Both the position numbers and the translations under genes were made by a program. This document shows, piece by piece, positions 1 through 12,164 of a stretch of 64,000 bases of DNA. The notes beneath the pieces were generated by a model. That model did not search any database. It was not told where the DNA came from and worked only from the letters and a program-made list of their open reading frames with translations. The DNA lies in NCBI GenBank assembly GCA_918797485.1, contig CAKKNE010000003.1:4092001-4156000 (forward strand), in the 5' to 3' direction. The stretch comes from Pelagomonas calceolata (Eukaryota). The first letter of the stretch is position 1; every line of letters starts with the position of its first letter.

Positions 1-822
1 ATTTTTGATCAAAGGGGCTCGGGCAAGAGCCAGCCCAACGCCGCCGAGGATTTACAAGGGAGTCTGATTGAAAATAACACTCCTAAATTAGTAGAGGACA
101 TCGAGAAGCTGCGGGAGCATTTGAAGGTGGACAAGTGGGGGATGGTCCTCGGCGGGTCCTGGGGCTCGACTTTGGCATTAGCGTACGCCGAGGCCCACCC
201 GGCGAAGGTGCGCACGCTACTATTGCGGGGCGTCTTCTTGTTCGAGCCCGAAGAAGTAGATTATCTGTTCGCCAAGGGCGGCACGCAGGGCCAGCACCCC
301 GCGGCCTGGGCGGCCTACTGCAACTACATCCGCGACACGTCCGACGATTTTGAGTCAGAGCGCCAGAATTTATTAGGAGCCTACTGGAAGCGCCTCACGT
401 CCGACGACGCGGCCACGCGCCTCGCCGCCGCGAGCGCCTTCGTGGGCTACGAGCTGTCCATCTCCAAGACCTTCGTGGAAGACAAGATCATCCGCGAGTG
501 CCTCGAGACGCCGTCGCAATTGGTACCCTTCGCGGTCATGGAGGTGTCCTACATGCTGAACGCGGGCTTCATGTCGCGGGGGCAATTGATCGCCGAGGTC
601 GGCAAGCTCTCTTCCTTAGAACGGGTGTGCATCAGCCACGGGCGCTCGGACTTCGTCTGCCAGCCCGTCTCCGCGTATCGGCTGAGCGAAGCCTTGGGCA
701 AGCTCAAGGTCCCGGTCGACCTGGACTTCGTCGCCGCGGCGGGCCACAGCGACACGGAGCCGGGGCTCGTGTCGTCGATGATTACTCATAGCGATGCGAT
801 CCGCGACCTGCTGGCGAAGTGA
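1..822 (+). CDS. pip: proline iminopeptidase (alpha/beta hydrolase), 5'-partial
   Basis: Frame open from base 1 (IFDQRGSGKS). Contains the GGSWGS nucleophile motif, LLLRGVF, HGRSDFVC and AGHS. Confidence 0.9.
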   Translation: MFDQRGSGKSQPNAAEDLQGSLIENNTPKLVEDIEKLREHLKVDKWGMVLGGSWGSTLALAYAEAHPAKVRTLLLRGVFLFEPEEVDYLFAKGGTQGQHPAAWAAYCNYIRDTSDDFESERQNLLGAYWKRLTSDDAATRLAAASAFVGYELSISKTFVEDKIIRECLETPSQLVPFAVMEVSYMLNAGFMSRGQLIAEVGKLSSLERVCISHGRSDFVCQPVSAYRLSEALGKLKVPVDLDFVAAAGHSDTEPGLVSSMITHSDAIRDLLAK

Positions 823-867
823 GTGGTCGCGTCGACGGCGTATGGGGGCCTATAATACAAAGTCTAG

Positions 868-1875
868 TTAAGTCTTCAACCTCAAGTCCACGGACCCGCC
901 AATGCCACGGCTCGAGCAGAACCGGATGAAGAGGCCGTCCCGCCGGACGGTCCCGGTCACGGCGACCTCGAAATTTTGGTACCGCTCGAGCCAGGCGCAG
1001 CGGTCGCCGGACCAGCGGCCGGCCAACGAATATCTCCCGTCCTTACCGTCGACGCCGGCGCCCGTGAGAGAACCGTCCGCGCCGAAGTGTAGGTCGGAGA
1101 CCACCGTTTGGTCCCATCCAGCGTCCTCCACGCTCGCGCCCTCGTACCGCCCGGAGACCGGTCGCTGCACGCTTGCGTCAAAGTCACGTTCGAGCGTCCG
1201 CGTGAGATTCTTCCACTCGTCGAGCTTCTTGCTGTACACGTTTCGCGACCTCGCGTCCACCGCAAGATAGGGGAGAAAGGAAACTCCGATGAACGCCAAG
1301 CCTACGAGGTTGTTGGATGGCTCCGCCGCGACCGTATCGCCCCCCACGACATAATTCCGCGCCGGCCGGCTCGCGAGCGCGGAACGGCCTTCGAGGTGGC
1401 CGAACGACGGCGCGTAGAAGACCGGCGGCGCCGTCCTCCGCCGGGCGGGCCGCTTCCAGGTCCGCTGGTTCGTGATGGCGTTGTGCCAGCAGGGAAAGCC
1501 CGCCTCGTCCATGTAACACCGCCAGCCGAGCTGCGACAGGCTGAGGTAACGCGACGAGGATCCGCCTCTGCCTCCGCCTCCGCCTCCGCCTCCGCCGCCG
1601 CCGCCGCCCTTCGCGTGCGCCGGCGGCGCGAAGAGCAGGACGACGGCGAGCAGCGCGTTCGCCGCGAGCACGCGCAGGGCTCGTCGCCAGCGCGTCGCTC
1701 GGGGAACGCGCGGCGCGGTCGGTGGCCTGAGGCCAAGATTGGCAGCAGGTGGGGCTGTAGGAGTCGGCCTGCTCACCGAGAGAGCAGCGCTGCCCCTCAC
1801 GCGAGGCAAGCGCGTTCGTGGGGCGAACGCAGCCGTGGACGCCAACAACGCGACGCGCAACGCGGAGGGTGCCAT
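868..1875 (-). CDS. hypothetical membrane protein with Gly-rich linker and WW-like segment; paralog of 2042-2962
   Basis: ATG at 1875. Signal-like N-terminus, AHAKGGGG, W..YMDEAGFPCWHNAITNQRTW.RP, and a C-terminal domain shared with the neighbour. Confidence 0.7.
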   Translation of the reverse strand: MAPSALRVALLASTAAFAPRTRLPRVRGSAALSVSRPTPTAPPAANLGLRPPTAPRVPRATRWRRALRVLAANALLAVVLLFAPPAHAKGGGGGGGGGGGGGRGGSSSRYLSLSQLGWRCYMDEAGFPCWHNAITNQRTWKRPARRRTAPPVFYAPSFGHLEGRSALASRPARNYVVGGDTVAAEPSNNLVGLAFIGVSFLPYLAVDARSRNVYSKKLDEWKNLTRTLERDFDASVQRPVSGRYEGASVEDAGWDQTVVSDLHFGADGSLTGAGVDGKDGRYSLAGRWSGDRCAWLERYQNFEVAVTGTVRRDGLFIRFCSSRGIGGSVDLRLKT

Positions 1876-2041
1876 TTTGCGTACGTTAGCCAAAGCCAAC
1901 CGAGGAATGCTCTCCGAAAAATACCCGCGCGGCGCGATCCGCGCTCACGAAGTAGATCCGGTCTATTGAGCACAAGTCTAGTTAGTTATCGCGTCGAAGG
2001 CGTGGGGAAAAGGGGACAGGTAAAAAAGCACAAGGAGTCGG

Positions 2042-2962
2042 TCACGCGGCCGTCCGCAGCTTGAGGTCCGCAGACCCAGAAATGCCGCGCGACGAGCAAA
2101 AGAGGATAAAGATGTCGCCACTCCTCTCCACCGTACCAGTCACGGCGACCTCGAAGCCGTCGCGGTACCGCTCGATCCACGCGCAGCGGTCGCCGGACCA
2201 GCGCCCGGACAGCGTGTACGCGCCATCGACCCCATCTATGCCGTCGCCCTTGATAGAACCGTCCGCGCCAAAGCTCAGATTTGACACGACGGCCTGGTCG
2301 CCTTTGTCGTCCTCGGCGCTGTCGCCGCAGTACTGGCCGGACACCGGCCGCTGCACCGGAGCCCTGCTGGCGTCGAAGTCTTTCTCCAGCGTCCGCATGA
2401 GGCTCTTGACGTCGGCGAGCTCCTGAGCATACAACGCGAGGCCGCCCGACCGCCTCCGCCGCTGCGCGCCCTCGCGTTCCTCGCCGCCGAGGGTACTGGC
2501 TAGCACAAGACCCGTGACCGCCACGGGCAGGGCGTAATCGAGAACGTTCGGCGGGCGCACGACGACCGGCCCGCCGCCGCCGACGTAGTAGCTGCGCGTC
2601 GGCTGGCGGATGACCACGGTCCGCGCGGGCGCCGCGTACGACCGCATCGGTGCCGACGAGTATGATGACGACGAGTAGGACGAGGAAGACGGCGCGGACG
2701 AGGCGCCGTAGCCACCGCCCTTGGCGAGCGCCGCGCCGGGTGTGAGAGTGGCCGCGGCGCCAACGAGGCCGCCGAGGACGCGCGCGGCGGCCTTTATTCG
2801 CAGCGTCGCAGCGGTGGCGTCGATCGCTGGTGCATTTGCCGCGACGGCGTCCACTGGTGCGTGCCGTGCCGGAGAGCTGCGGAACGCTCTCCGTGCTACA
2901 GGTGGCTGTAGAGCTGCCGCCGAGGTCAAAGCTATGCCAAGACTGACCAAACGCGTCATCAT
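2042..2962 (-). CDS. hypothetical membrane protein, tandem paralog of 868-1875
   Basis: MMTRLVSLG signal-like start. Shares QRPVSG.Y.G...FGADGS..G.G.DG.DG.Y.L.GRWSGDRCAW.ERY with the neighbour. Confidence 0.7.
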   Translation of the reverse strand: MMTRLVSLGIALTSAAALQPPVARRAFRSSPARHAPVDAVAANAPAIDATAATLRIKAAARVLGGLVGAAATLTPGAALAKGGGYGASSAPSSSSYSSSSYSSAPMRSYAAPARTVVIRQPTRSYYVGGGGPVVVRPPNVLDYALPVAVTGLVLASTLGGEEREGAQRRRRSGGLALYAQELADVKSLMRTLEKDFDASRAPVQRPVSGQYCGDSAEDDKGDQAVVSNLSFGADGSIKGDGIDGVDGAYTLSGRWSGDRCAWIERYRDGFEVAVTGTVERSGDIFILFCSSRGISGSADLKLRTAA

Positions 2963-3381
2963 TGGTGAGATGCTGTCCTTTGCAACGCTCCGTGTGATCT
3001 CTACAGCCCTCGGTAACGTTCTTTTGCTTTGCTCCGATCCGAGTGCCAAGCTAGTGATCAACACACTAGCGCTTCCTGGGAAAAACGCGGGAGCCCTCTG
3101 AATGCAACATCCGGAATTCAAAGAGGGCCCGGCACGACTCCTGGACCCAATCCGGGTACCCCAGCCTGATGGCAAGTCGGCCCTTGGCTATAGACCCAGA
3201 GTTAATTGTAACGCGACGAGCAACGCCCCCGATCAGCAAACCGCGCGCGGCGCGGGCGTCTCCGTCTCGCGCAAGGAGCGCACGCGCTGGCGCTCACCGT
3301 GAAACGGGCGAGCCCAGAGCATTTAGAGGCAAACACTTAAAGCCGAGGGAAGGCCGCGCGGCCCCGCCCTCACCGCCGCAA

Positions 3382-4557
3382 ATGATGCTTTGTATCATTG
3401 CCGCGGCGGCGCTGGCGGCGCGCGGCGCCGGTGAAATTGTTATTGAGGACTTCGCCGGCCCCGTCGACGCCTTCTTCCTCGACGACGGGACCGCTGCCGG
3501 CCTGCCGTCGTCGGGAAATTCGGCGCTCGAGAAGGTCGACGACGGCTTACGGCTGAATTACGACGTCGCGCGCAACGGCCCCTTCGGTGCCGCTCTAATG
3601 GGCAAGATTTGGGACGGCTACCGCGACCTCTCGAACGCGTCGAGCATCCGGCTGACGTACCGCGTCGAGGCGGCGTCGAGCCTCCCCGGCCACGCGACGC
3701 TCGGCGTCGTGCTCCTCGACGGCAGGGCGTGCGGCCTCGCGCCCCACTGTAGTGCAGGCATCGGGCTCGCCCTGACGGACTACCTGGCGTCGGGAAATGT
3801 CGTTCTCGACAAACTGGGCGGCTGGCGGACCCTCGAGATCGACCTCTGCGGCGAGGCGAACCCCTACGCGCCGTTCTTCGGCCTGGACCGAGAAGGGAGG
3901 AGCCTCGACCCCGCGACGGTCCAGGGCTGGCGCCTCGGCATCGTCGTCGATTCTCTGGCGGGAATGGGAAATCCCGCGACCGGGTCGATCGTCTTTGGCG
4001 AGCTCGCGGCCGTCGGCGCCGGCCCGGCAAAACCGCCGCCCTGCGCGCCGCCGCCGCGGGCCGGCGCGCGCGAGCTTGTGGACGTGCGCGTCAACAAAGC
4101 GTCAGCTATGAAAGTCTTTGAGCTCGGGCTCCGGCACTGCGCGGAGCACTGCGCGAACGACGGGGCGTGTGCCTACTTTTCCACGGACCCGCGCCGGAAC
4201 CCGCCCGTCGGCGCCTACCCGAGCTGCTATCTCTTCGCCGAGCTGCACGCGGACGACGTGACCTTCGCCGCGCCGGGCGCGCCGGACGGCGTGCGGACGT
4301 GGTGGTATGAGGACGCGCGCGAGGCGCTCTGCGACGCGTGCGCGTGCGACGCGGCGACGCGGCGGGCCGACTGCACGCGCGCGGACCTCGCGACGGCGCC
4401 GCGCCCGTCGGCCGGCTTCGACCCGCTGTCGATAGACCTGAGCGGCAACGAGCGGCTCGTCGTGCTCGGGGCGCTCTCGGACTTTCCGAGCCTCGAGCGC
4501 GTCACGCTGCCGCACGCGCTCACGTTGTCAAGCAGCGCGGCGACGGCATGCTCGTAA
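3382..4557 (+). CDS. secreted protein with PAN/apple-like Cys motif and start of an LRR region; probably 3'-truncated
   Basis: Signal peptide MMLCIIAAAALAA, CAEHCANDGACAYF, LRRNT-like C-C-C then IDLSGN. The frame ends by running into the opposite-strand ankyrin sequence. Confidence 0.55.
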   Translation: MMLCIIAAAALAARGAGEIVIEDFAGPVDAFFLDDGTAAGLPSSGNSALEKVDDGLRLNYDVARNGPFGAALMGKIWDGYRDLSNASSIRLTYRVEAASSLPGHATLGVVLLDGRACGLAPHCSAGIGLALTDYLASGNVVLDKLGGWRTLEIDLCGEANPYAPFFGLDREGRSLDPATVQGWRLGIVVDSLAGMGNPATGSIVFGELAAVGAGPAKPPPCAPPPRAGARELVDVRVNKASAMKVFELGLRHCAEHCANDGACAYFSTDPRRNPPVGAYPSCYLFAELHADDVTFAAPGAPDGVRTWWYEDAREALCDACACDAATRRADCTRADLATAPRPSAGFDPLSIDLSGNERLVVLGALSDFPSLERVTLPHALTLSSSAATACS

Positions 4558-5673
4558 CCATGCTCAGACGCCCAGTAGAGCGGCGTCGGACTTCCTAGAC
4601 CCAAATGATTCCTGCGCTTGTTGGGGTCCGCGCCCGCGTCGAGCAGGAGCCTTATGACGCGCTCGTTGGGGGCTTTGTCCTTGCCATTGCCATCAACCCC
4701 CAAGATCGCGTACCAGAGCGCGTTGAATCCATCTTTATTGGTCACCCCGACGTCGGCGCCGCGGTCCAGCAGTAGCGCTACGGTTTCGGCATGCCCCCCG
4801 CTCACGGCTCCCATCAACGCGGTCTGCGCATGGTAGCCTTTCGCCGCGCCGTCTTCCATGCATATCGTGTCCATCGTCACACCATGGTCGAGCAAGGCCC
4901 CGACGCAGGCCGTGTGGCCCTGTCTCGCCGCGTGATACAGCGCGTTGCCACCGTCAATATCGGTCGTCGAATCAAAGACCTCGGTGTCGGCGCCAAATTC
5001 TAGCAGCACTTTGACCAGGGCCGGGCGCCCCGCCATTGGCGCCGCTTTGCCTGGTTGGGGCACAGGTACCCCCTGGTCAATATTGCACGCCGCCATGAGC
5101 GCGGTCAGCCCCTGGCGGCGCACATTGACGTTCGCGCCGGCCTCGAGCAAAACCCTGGCGACCCCCGCCTGGTTGTGCTCGACCGTTCGCCACAGCGGAG
5201 GCGCTGGGCCCTCTTCGTCGACTGGGGCGCCCGCGCGGATCAGGCTCTTCGCCACCTCCTCCGCGTCGCCGCGGGCGTACGTGGCGACCTGCTGGAGGGC
5301 CGTGGCCCGCGCCTCGTTGGTCTCGTCGCAGTAGCTCGGGTCCGCGCCCGCCGCGAGCAACCGATCGACGACCGCGAGGTGGCCGTGCTGCGCCGCATAC
5401 ATGAGAGCGCTCACGCCGTTGACGACGGCGTTTGGATTCGCGCCGTCGGCCAGGCAGACGGCCGCAGACCTCGACGATTTTGTCGTTGCCGGTATTGGCG
5501 GCGTAGAGGAGCTGCTGGTCGAGATCCGACAGGCCCTCGTCCGACGCGCACGACTCGCCGCGGTTATTCTTTGCGAAAAGGTTCATCTTCGCCTCGTAGG
5601 ACGGCGCCCCCTTTGAGTTTATCGCGACGGCGCGCGGGCACGCGACGGCCGCCGCCAGGAGTAGTTTCAACAT
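4227..5673 (-). pseudogene. ankyrin-repeat protein with signal peptide, frameshifted and 3'-truncated
   Basis: Many ANK repeats (ALMYAAQHGH, TALMGAVSGGH, TPLYWASEHGY). A 10-bp insertion at 5454-5469 separates the N-terminal frame from the ANK frame. Confidence 0.7.
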
Positions 5674-6237
5674 TTTGCTGCAACTTTTCAGAGAGAGTTG
5701 ACCGGTCACGGACGTTAGATTAAGCCTGCAACTTTTTCGAGAGAGAAGCAACTTTTTCAGTGTGTGTTTTCAGAGGGAGAATTGTAGTTTCAGTGCCTCC
5801 ACGCCCTTTTTTAGACTTCACGACGTTTAAGAGACAGGCCTAGGGCGCCGCGTGGCGAAGTTAGGATGCGCGTGGTCCAAAAACAGAAAAAGCCCGTGCT
5901 TCCTAGTGTCTTACTGGCCGCTAGCTCACCTGCGCCAGAGCATCGCGTCGCCGTGTCACTGCGGCGCGGCGCAACGCTTTGGCGGCACAGGTATCGCATC
6001 GCGGCGCCAGCAGGCCAGCGTTCAAGCAGTCAAACGTACTGCTGCGCCCCGAGCCCCGCCCCTCACAAGCAGCACTCGCTTGTGCGGCACGCGCATTGAG
6101 CCGCAAGCGACGCCGCCGCGGCCCGGGCGCCCGGAATCAGTGCGCGACGCCGCCGCCGCAGCGTTCACTGATCAACGCGCGCGCGCCAGTCGCCACCAGC
6201 CGTGCCACCCGCCGAGTGCCGAGCGCGAGCCGTAACG

Positions 6238-9200
6238 ATGGCCACGGCGGGAGGTGCCTGGCGGCAAGCGGCCTCGAACCTACTGGACGTCCTGAAAGAA
6301 ATGGACATAGGCCAAATTTTTGCTAAACCGGTAAACCAGCAAATTTACCGGGACTATTCCCAGTACGTGTCACAGCCCATGGATCTTGGACTAGTTCGAC
6401 AAAAACTCCCATCATACCGGAACGCGAAGCAGTTCGCGACGGATGTTAGACTTGTGTTTAGTAACGCTCTAGCCTACTGCGGGCGCGTCGACGCGACGCC
6501 CGATTTCAAAGCAGTAGCAACTCTAGCGAAGAAGATGCAGCGCCGGTTCGACAAAGACGCGCCCTTACGACCGTACTTGGCACCGACGCCTTTGCGGAAT
6601 CGAACGCCACCACCTGTTGATGAAAACTTAGCGGCGCAGATCGCGGCGAACGACGGCAAAGTGGCCATGCCGCGCGACGTCGAGACCTGTGTGTCGAGGG
6701 TGCACCAGTCGTTGAAGAGGGTGAAAGCAGCACAATCTTTCAGGACGCCCATCGAGACGGAGCGCTGGACGGACTACGAGCCGAAGGTCGGCGGCCAGGC
6801 GTTGGATTTGACGTCTGTGGAACACTCGTTCAAGCGCGGGGCTTTCCAGCAGGACTGCGGCGCCTGGGTCCTGCGGATGCGGCGGATTTCCGCGAATTGT
6901 TTGCGGTACAACACGGACACGCGGTTTCCCGAACTTAGACAGGACGCGAAGTTTTACCTGAAGGTGCGGGTCGGCGTCTGGCGCCTTCACGAGACGTCGA
7001 CGCGACCGCGAGAGAGTCCGCGGTCGCCGCGACGGCGCCGCCGCGACCGTGTGTCACACAGGCCCTCGAGAAGGAGCTCGCCCAGAAGGTCCGACCGGTC
7101 CTGCAAAGTGTCGGCTGCCCGACGCAAGCCATCGACGCGGCGGTCCCGAAATTATTGAGAAACTGGCCGCAAATATTAGAAGCCCTCGAGACGTCGATAC
7201 TAGCCCACTACGACGACCTGCCCCCGAAGGCGCAGATTTCGTATTACTTCCTGCACCCGTTCGGGGCCTACTTTCCGTCGCCCGACCAGAAGGAGTTTGT
7301 GGACGACTACGCGAGGCATGTGTCGGAGCCGATTTGTGTGGGCGATGTTGTCAGTCGATTGATCGAGGGGACCTATGACTCATTGGAACCGCTGAAGAAA
7401 GACGTCTCGAAGGTCTTCGCGAACGCCATGCAGTACTACGGTCCGGACGGGGCTGGTCGCAGATTGCATGAACCTTCAGATTGCGACGACTACGTCCAGC
7501 GGGCCCGGCGCTTCGACGAAGCTTGGACTAGTGTAGCGAAGACGCTCAAGAATCCGGGGCGGGAGGTCAAGAGTCCTACGCCGAAGAAAGACGTGAATAA
7601 CGCGGCGTTGCGCTGTCTGGATAAACTCAGAGACCACCGCGAGTCCGACGGTAGAGGTGGGAGTTATCAAGTGGCCACGCCGTTCCTGCACGCGAACATG
7701 TTGCCTACGCATAGCGAGTATTTACCGTGCATCGGCGGTGGCGATTCAGCGTCCTTTTTCGCGTCGCGGCGACGGCGTCGTGCATGCGATGAGAGGGTTG
7801 CGTCGCGGCGACGGCGTCTGACGTGACATCGCACAGGCCGCAAGAACTGTAGAGATTTTGACAGTATCGAAAGTCGAGGCAAGCGCCAGGGCTACTCGTC
7901 GTTGGAAGCCTTCGCGAATGATGTGAGGCGGTGCTTCCAGAACGCGCACGCCTGGCGGACGCGCTGCGACGACCTCGTGCGAGTTGGTAGCATGGACGCG
8001 AACACTTTAGCGATAGCGGTACTGATTGCGGCGTCCCGGGGCCTTTCTGAGATCATACGCCGTCGACGCGACTCGCCTCCATCAGACGAGGCCGTGGGTG
8101 GTTTTGGGGCGAGATCGCGACTCGATATATATCACGCACAGGCGGAGATCACGAACTCCGCCGACATCTTGCTGATTGTATTAGATGCGGCCCTCCGGCA
8201 GGAACGGAGCGACTTCAAGCCGATAGCACCGGCCAAGCGGGACGCCTCGCCAGCCAGACTGACGACGCCCAAAAAAATAAAGGGCCAGCCCTCGCCGACA
8301 AGTCCGAAGCCCTTCTGGCGGCTCCAGGCTGAGAGGTTATGGAGCAAAGTGACCAAACATGAGTGGGTCCGGAATGATGGGTTGCAGTCGTACGGCGGGA
8401 AGCTGCAGTGGTTTAGACCTACAGTAGAAGCCTTTCCTACCTTGCGAGAACATTACCTTGGTACGATAGCGAAACCGATGGATTTAGGACTGATCAATCA
8501 TAAGCTGATGAATGACGAATACGAGGGTCGGGAGCCGTTCGTTGAGGATTTACGTTTAGTTTTCTCCAACGCGGTACAATTTAACCGGCCGGCAGCACAA
8601 CAAGCCCAGTCGCAACAAGAACTGAACCCCCACTTCGTCATGGACGACTTGGCGGCCAAAACGTATGCGATCGCGACGCATTTGCTGAACTACGTCGACC
8701 ACCTCGAATTGGAGTCTTCACCGTGAGGAACTTCAAGCGCCCTTCAATTTGGGGTCTCTCGTGGTCGGAGTGCGGTGTTACTCTCCATACTGGGTCGAGG
8801 GCATCCCTCGGCGGTCGTGTCCGAGTTTGAGCTGAAAACAGGTTGATGTCCACACAGGTACTTCAAGGACGACATCGCCGACCCGCCGGCGACGCCCGCG
8901 ACGGCGGCGTCGATTACAAGGAATGGCATTTCTAGAGATAGATATACCTGTGTCTTGGACGAGGACGAAGAAGCTCGAGCTAAAAGACGGGAAGAGGCCG
9001 AGGCCGAAGCGGCTCGCTTGTCAGCGTTAGAAAGGGCCAAGCTGTCTGAGTCCGAGCTGCGTGCTGCCATGGATGAAAATAAACCTGCACCCGCACCGGC
9101 GCCGCCGGCGATTACTGCTGGTGACGCCGCGGTGATGGCGGCCTTCGGCGAGCTCGCGCCGCCCGCACCAGCGCCGGCGCCGGCGCCTGCCGCGCCCGTC

Positions 9201-11386
9201 GAGGAGTCGAAAGATCAAGATGGCGACGCGACCATGAGCGACGCGCCCCCCGTGCGGAGCGACGTCGCCCGCCTCGCGAGCGCGGCCCTGAACCAGGACG
9301 CGCCGCCGCCGCCTCCAGCCGAGGACGGTGAGGAGCCGGCGCTCAAGCGCGTCTCCACCGGAGAACTGGAGGAGGAGGCCGCGGCCGGCAAGGCGCCGGA
9401 GCCGTCCGACGAGATGGCGACGCGACTCGCTAAATTAGCCGCGGGTGTGGACGAAGCGGCGGAACGACGAGCGGCAAAGAGGCTGGAGTGTCGACGCGTC
9501 CGCGATAGAGCGGTGTGGCCGACGCGGGTGCGCGACTCGGACGCGGACCGGGAGTGCCGCACGGTCCTCAAGCAACTGCGGAAGCTCGCGGTCAAAAAAC
9601 ACTCGTTCTATTTTGAGAAGATGGTTCCTTTTTCTGTGTAGAAATCTTTTCCGGAAACCTCGCGTCGATGGCGTGCTCGTGAGATCGGCTCCACCCCACG
9701 CCGTCGACGTGACGGTCACGATTCACGCAACGCAGGTCCGCGGCGTCCCCGACTATGCGGCCTTTGTCGCGCGGCCGACGTGCCTCGAGCGCGTCGAACA
9801 GCGCTTGAAAATTGGTGTCGGTGAAATAGCGCGCGCGTTCGAGGACGACGGCCAGGAACCCCTGAAGCCCTACGCGTCCGCGCGGGAGTTCGGCCAAGAA
9901 TTGAGATTAGTACTGGCCAATGCGAGGGCCTACAACGAGCGCTTCCGGAGGAACCCGCACAACGTCGGCTACAACATCTGCCTGGCCGTCGACGCCGTGC
10001 AGCCGGTCCTCGAAGAGGCCCTGTTCCAGTTCGCCTTCGAGGCGTATGAACGCGTTGGTCGAATGAGGTTGGAGAATTCCTGGGAAAAGAAGGTCGCCGA
10101 GGAGATCAACGAAGAAGTTGCGGCGAAGCGCGTTGTCTGACTCAGTGTCCTTGAACTCGACGCGTCGTCACGAGGCCGCGCTCGACGCCATCGCCACGCG
10201 CGCAGGTCCGCGAGCAGTACGAGGGCATCGCGCGCGAGAAGGCGGAGGCCGCCGTGGCCCACCGCAAGTGGGAGGATAGAGGGCAACGCAACAAGTTGTT
10301 GAGGATGCTCAATGAACGGCAAAGGGCTAATTTGGACATTCTTGAGAGCAACGAAGCCCCGCGGCCGGCGTCGCCGACGCGCCAGGACGTCTCCGAGGCC
10401 GACGTCACTCCCGCGAAGATCGCGCCCGTGTCGCGCATCTCCGCGGCCGTGAGAGCGGAGGATCGGCGCAAGGCGGAGAAGGTCCGGGCTTCGGCTGTTT
10501 TCTCCGCTCTCGGCGATGGGGCGTGGGCGTCTCAGACCCAAGAGGTGGAGATGGCGGTGGAGGAGGAGGTGGTGGTGAAGGCGGAGGAGGCGCCCGTTTC
10601 GTTCAAGGGTAGTGTGAAGTTCGAGATCAAGTCTCAAAGGGCGGCTCCTGCGAGGCCGGCGCTGGACGCCTTTTCGCAGATTGAGGATCGCGTGGAAGAG
10701 GCGCCCGTGCGCGCACCGGTGGCGCGGCCGAAGCCCGTCGTGCCGCAAAAGCCGGCCGAGCCCCCGGTGATCGAATGTGCTGGTGGCGATCGGCGTCGAG
10801 TAGTGAAACTTCTACGCCGCCTTGACGCCATCGCCGCGACGTCGTACTGAGAGAAACCGCCCCCCGGACGCCGTCGACGCGACCCCCGCAACACGCAGGC
10901 GGCGACAGCGGCTGGGTGGCCGTCGCGGACCAGATTGAAGCGCGCGTCCTCCTCGCGACGACCTCGCAGTTCGTGCGCTGCACCGTCGTGTTACGAGGTG
11001 GTAGTTCTGAAGTGCGGCGGTCGCTCGTGACGTGGTCGTTGGTGGAGCCGGGCGGCGTCGACGACCTCACGGCGGGGTTCTACCGCGATTCTCTGTTGCG
11101 GGACGCGCGGCACAAATTACGCGCTCGGAGTGCCGCTGGTTCGGACGCGATTCGGGCGGCTCGACCGTCATTGAGGGAGTATAGTGCCGTCGACGCGGAA
11201 TTACTAGAGCTGGACTTGCGCGACGCGTGCGAAGGACGGGTCCTGGCGACGCCCGTCGAGGACACGATTCGCGGGTCCAACGCGTGCTCAGAGGGCACTC
11301 TGGTCTTCGCTGCGGGTGCGCTGGCGCTGCGCGTCGCCGGGCGGCGGGTCGTTTGTGGGGGGTTGCTGGCGTCTTCGGGGGGGTAA
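6238..11386 (+). CDS. multi-bromodomain protein (about 6 bromodomain-like units), 7 introns
   Basis: Repeated PMDL..V..KL / DVRLVFSNA..YN motifs. Introns 6964-7061, 7738-7836, 7977-8141, ~8714-8857, 9624-9735, ~10117/10132-10205 and 10783-10898 join the frames. Confidence 0.8.
8714..8857 (+). mobile_element. degenerate TIR-introner forming an intron in the bromodomain gene
   Basis: Left CCGTGAGGAACTTCAA, right TTGATGTCCACACAG; flanks GTCTTCA / GTACTTCA. Confidence 0.55.
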
Positions 11387-12164
11387 TTTATTTAGTTGTC
11401 GTATTGTTGTTGGTCACCCGCGCGTCTCGCGGGCCCCGCGCGGTTCGTCTCAAAACCGCCGCAATTGACCCAAATCGCCCTCCCGTAACTAATGGAGACC
11501 TAAAGAGCGCACCGCGCCCGCCAGCATCGCCCCGGTACCCATCCTGCTCGAAATCGCGTCTCCGCGCCCCGCATGGTCAATAGCGAAACTAGAAGCAAAA
11601 AATAAGACCAATCAGATTCCTCCAACGTCGTCTGTTTCATCTAGGAGCATGTGGCTCTACATCGTACATCGCGGCGCGGAGGTACAACTCTTCATCATGG
11701 CTGAAGTATTTACAATCTCAAAGTTGAGAAAGTTGTGCAGATTACTATAGAAAAGATTCTGTACTCGCGCGGGTTTTCAGCCGTGCAAAGAGCATGTAAT
11801 CGCGTCTTGCCACCGGTCCTAAAACCGCTTATGCACCACCAAAAAGCTCTATCGTGCGGGGTTGTGCGAAACGCGAGGTTCGAGGCAAAAAAATCGAGCG
11901 CTGAACGTCCACAGTCGCTCAGGAGCTTCATTCCTCTCCAAAACAGCTCAAGACGAGATCTTGCCGGCATTTGTGCGGCTAGGGAGCAGCTACAGCCCAA
12001 AAGCATCTCACTGCCAAAAGCTGGATTTTCTCGCGCGCGCGGCCATAAATCAAGCCGGCGCCGCCCCAGCACAAGCTCTGGACCACAAAGAAATCGCCCC
12101 GTAAGCCAAAAAAAGCGAAACGCGAGCAGCCGCGCCGCGGACCACACGCGGAACGAACGGAACG

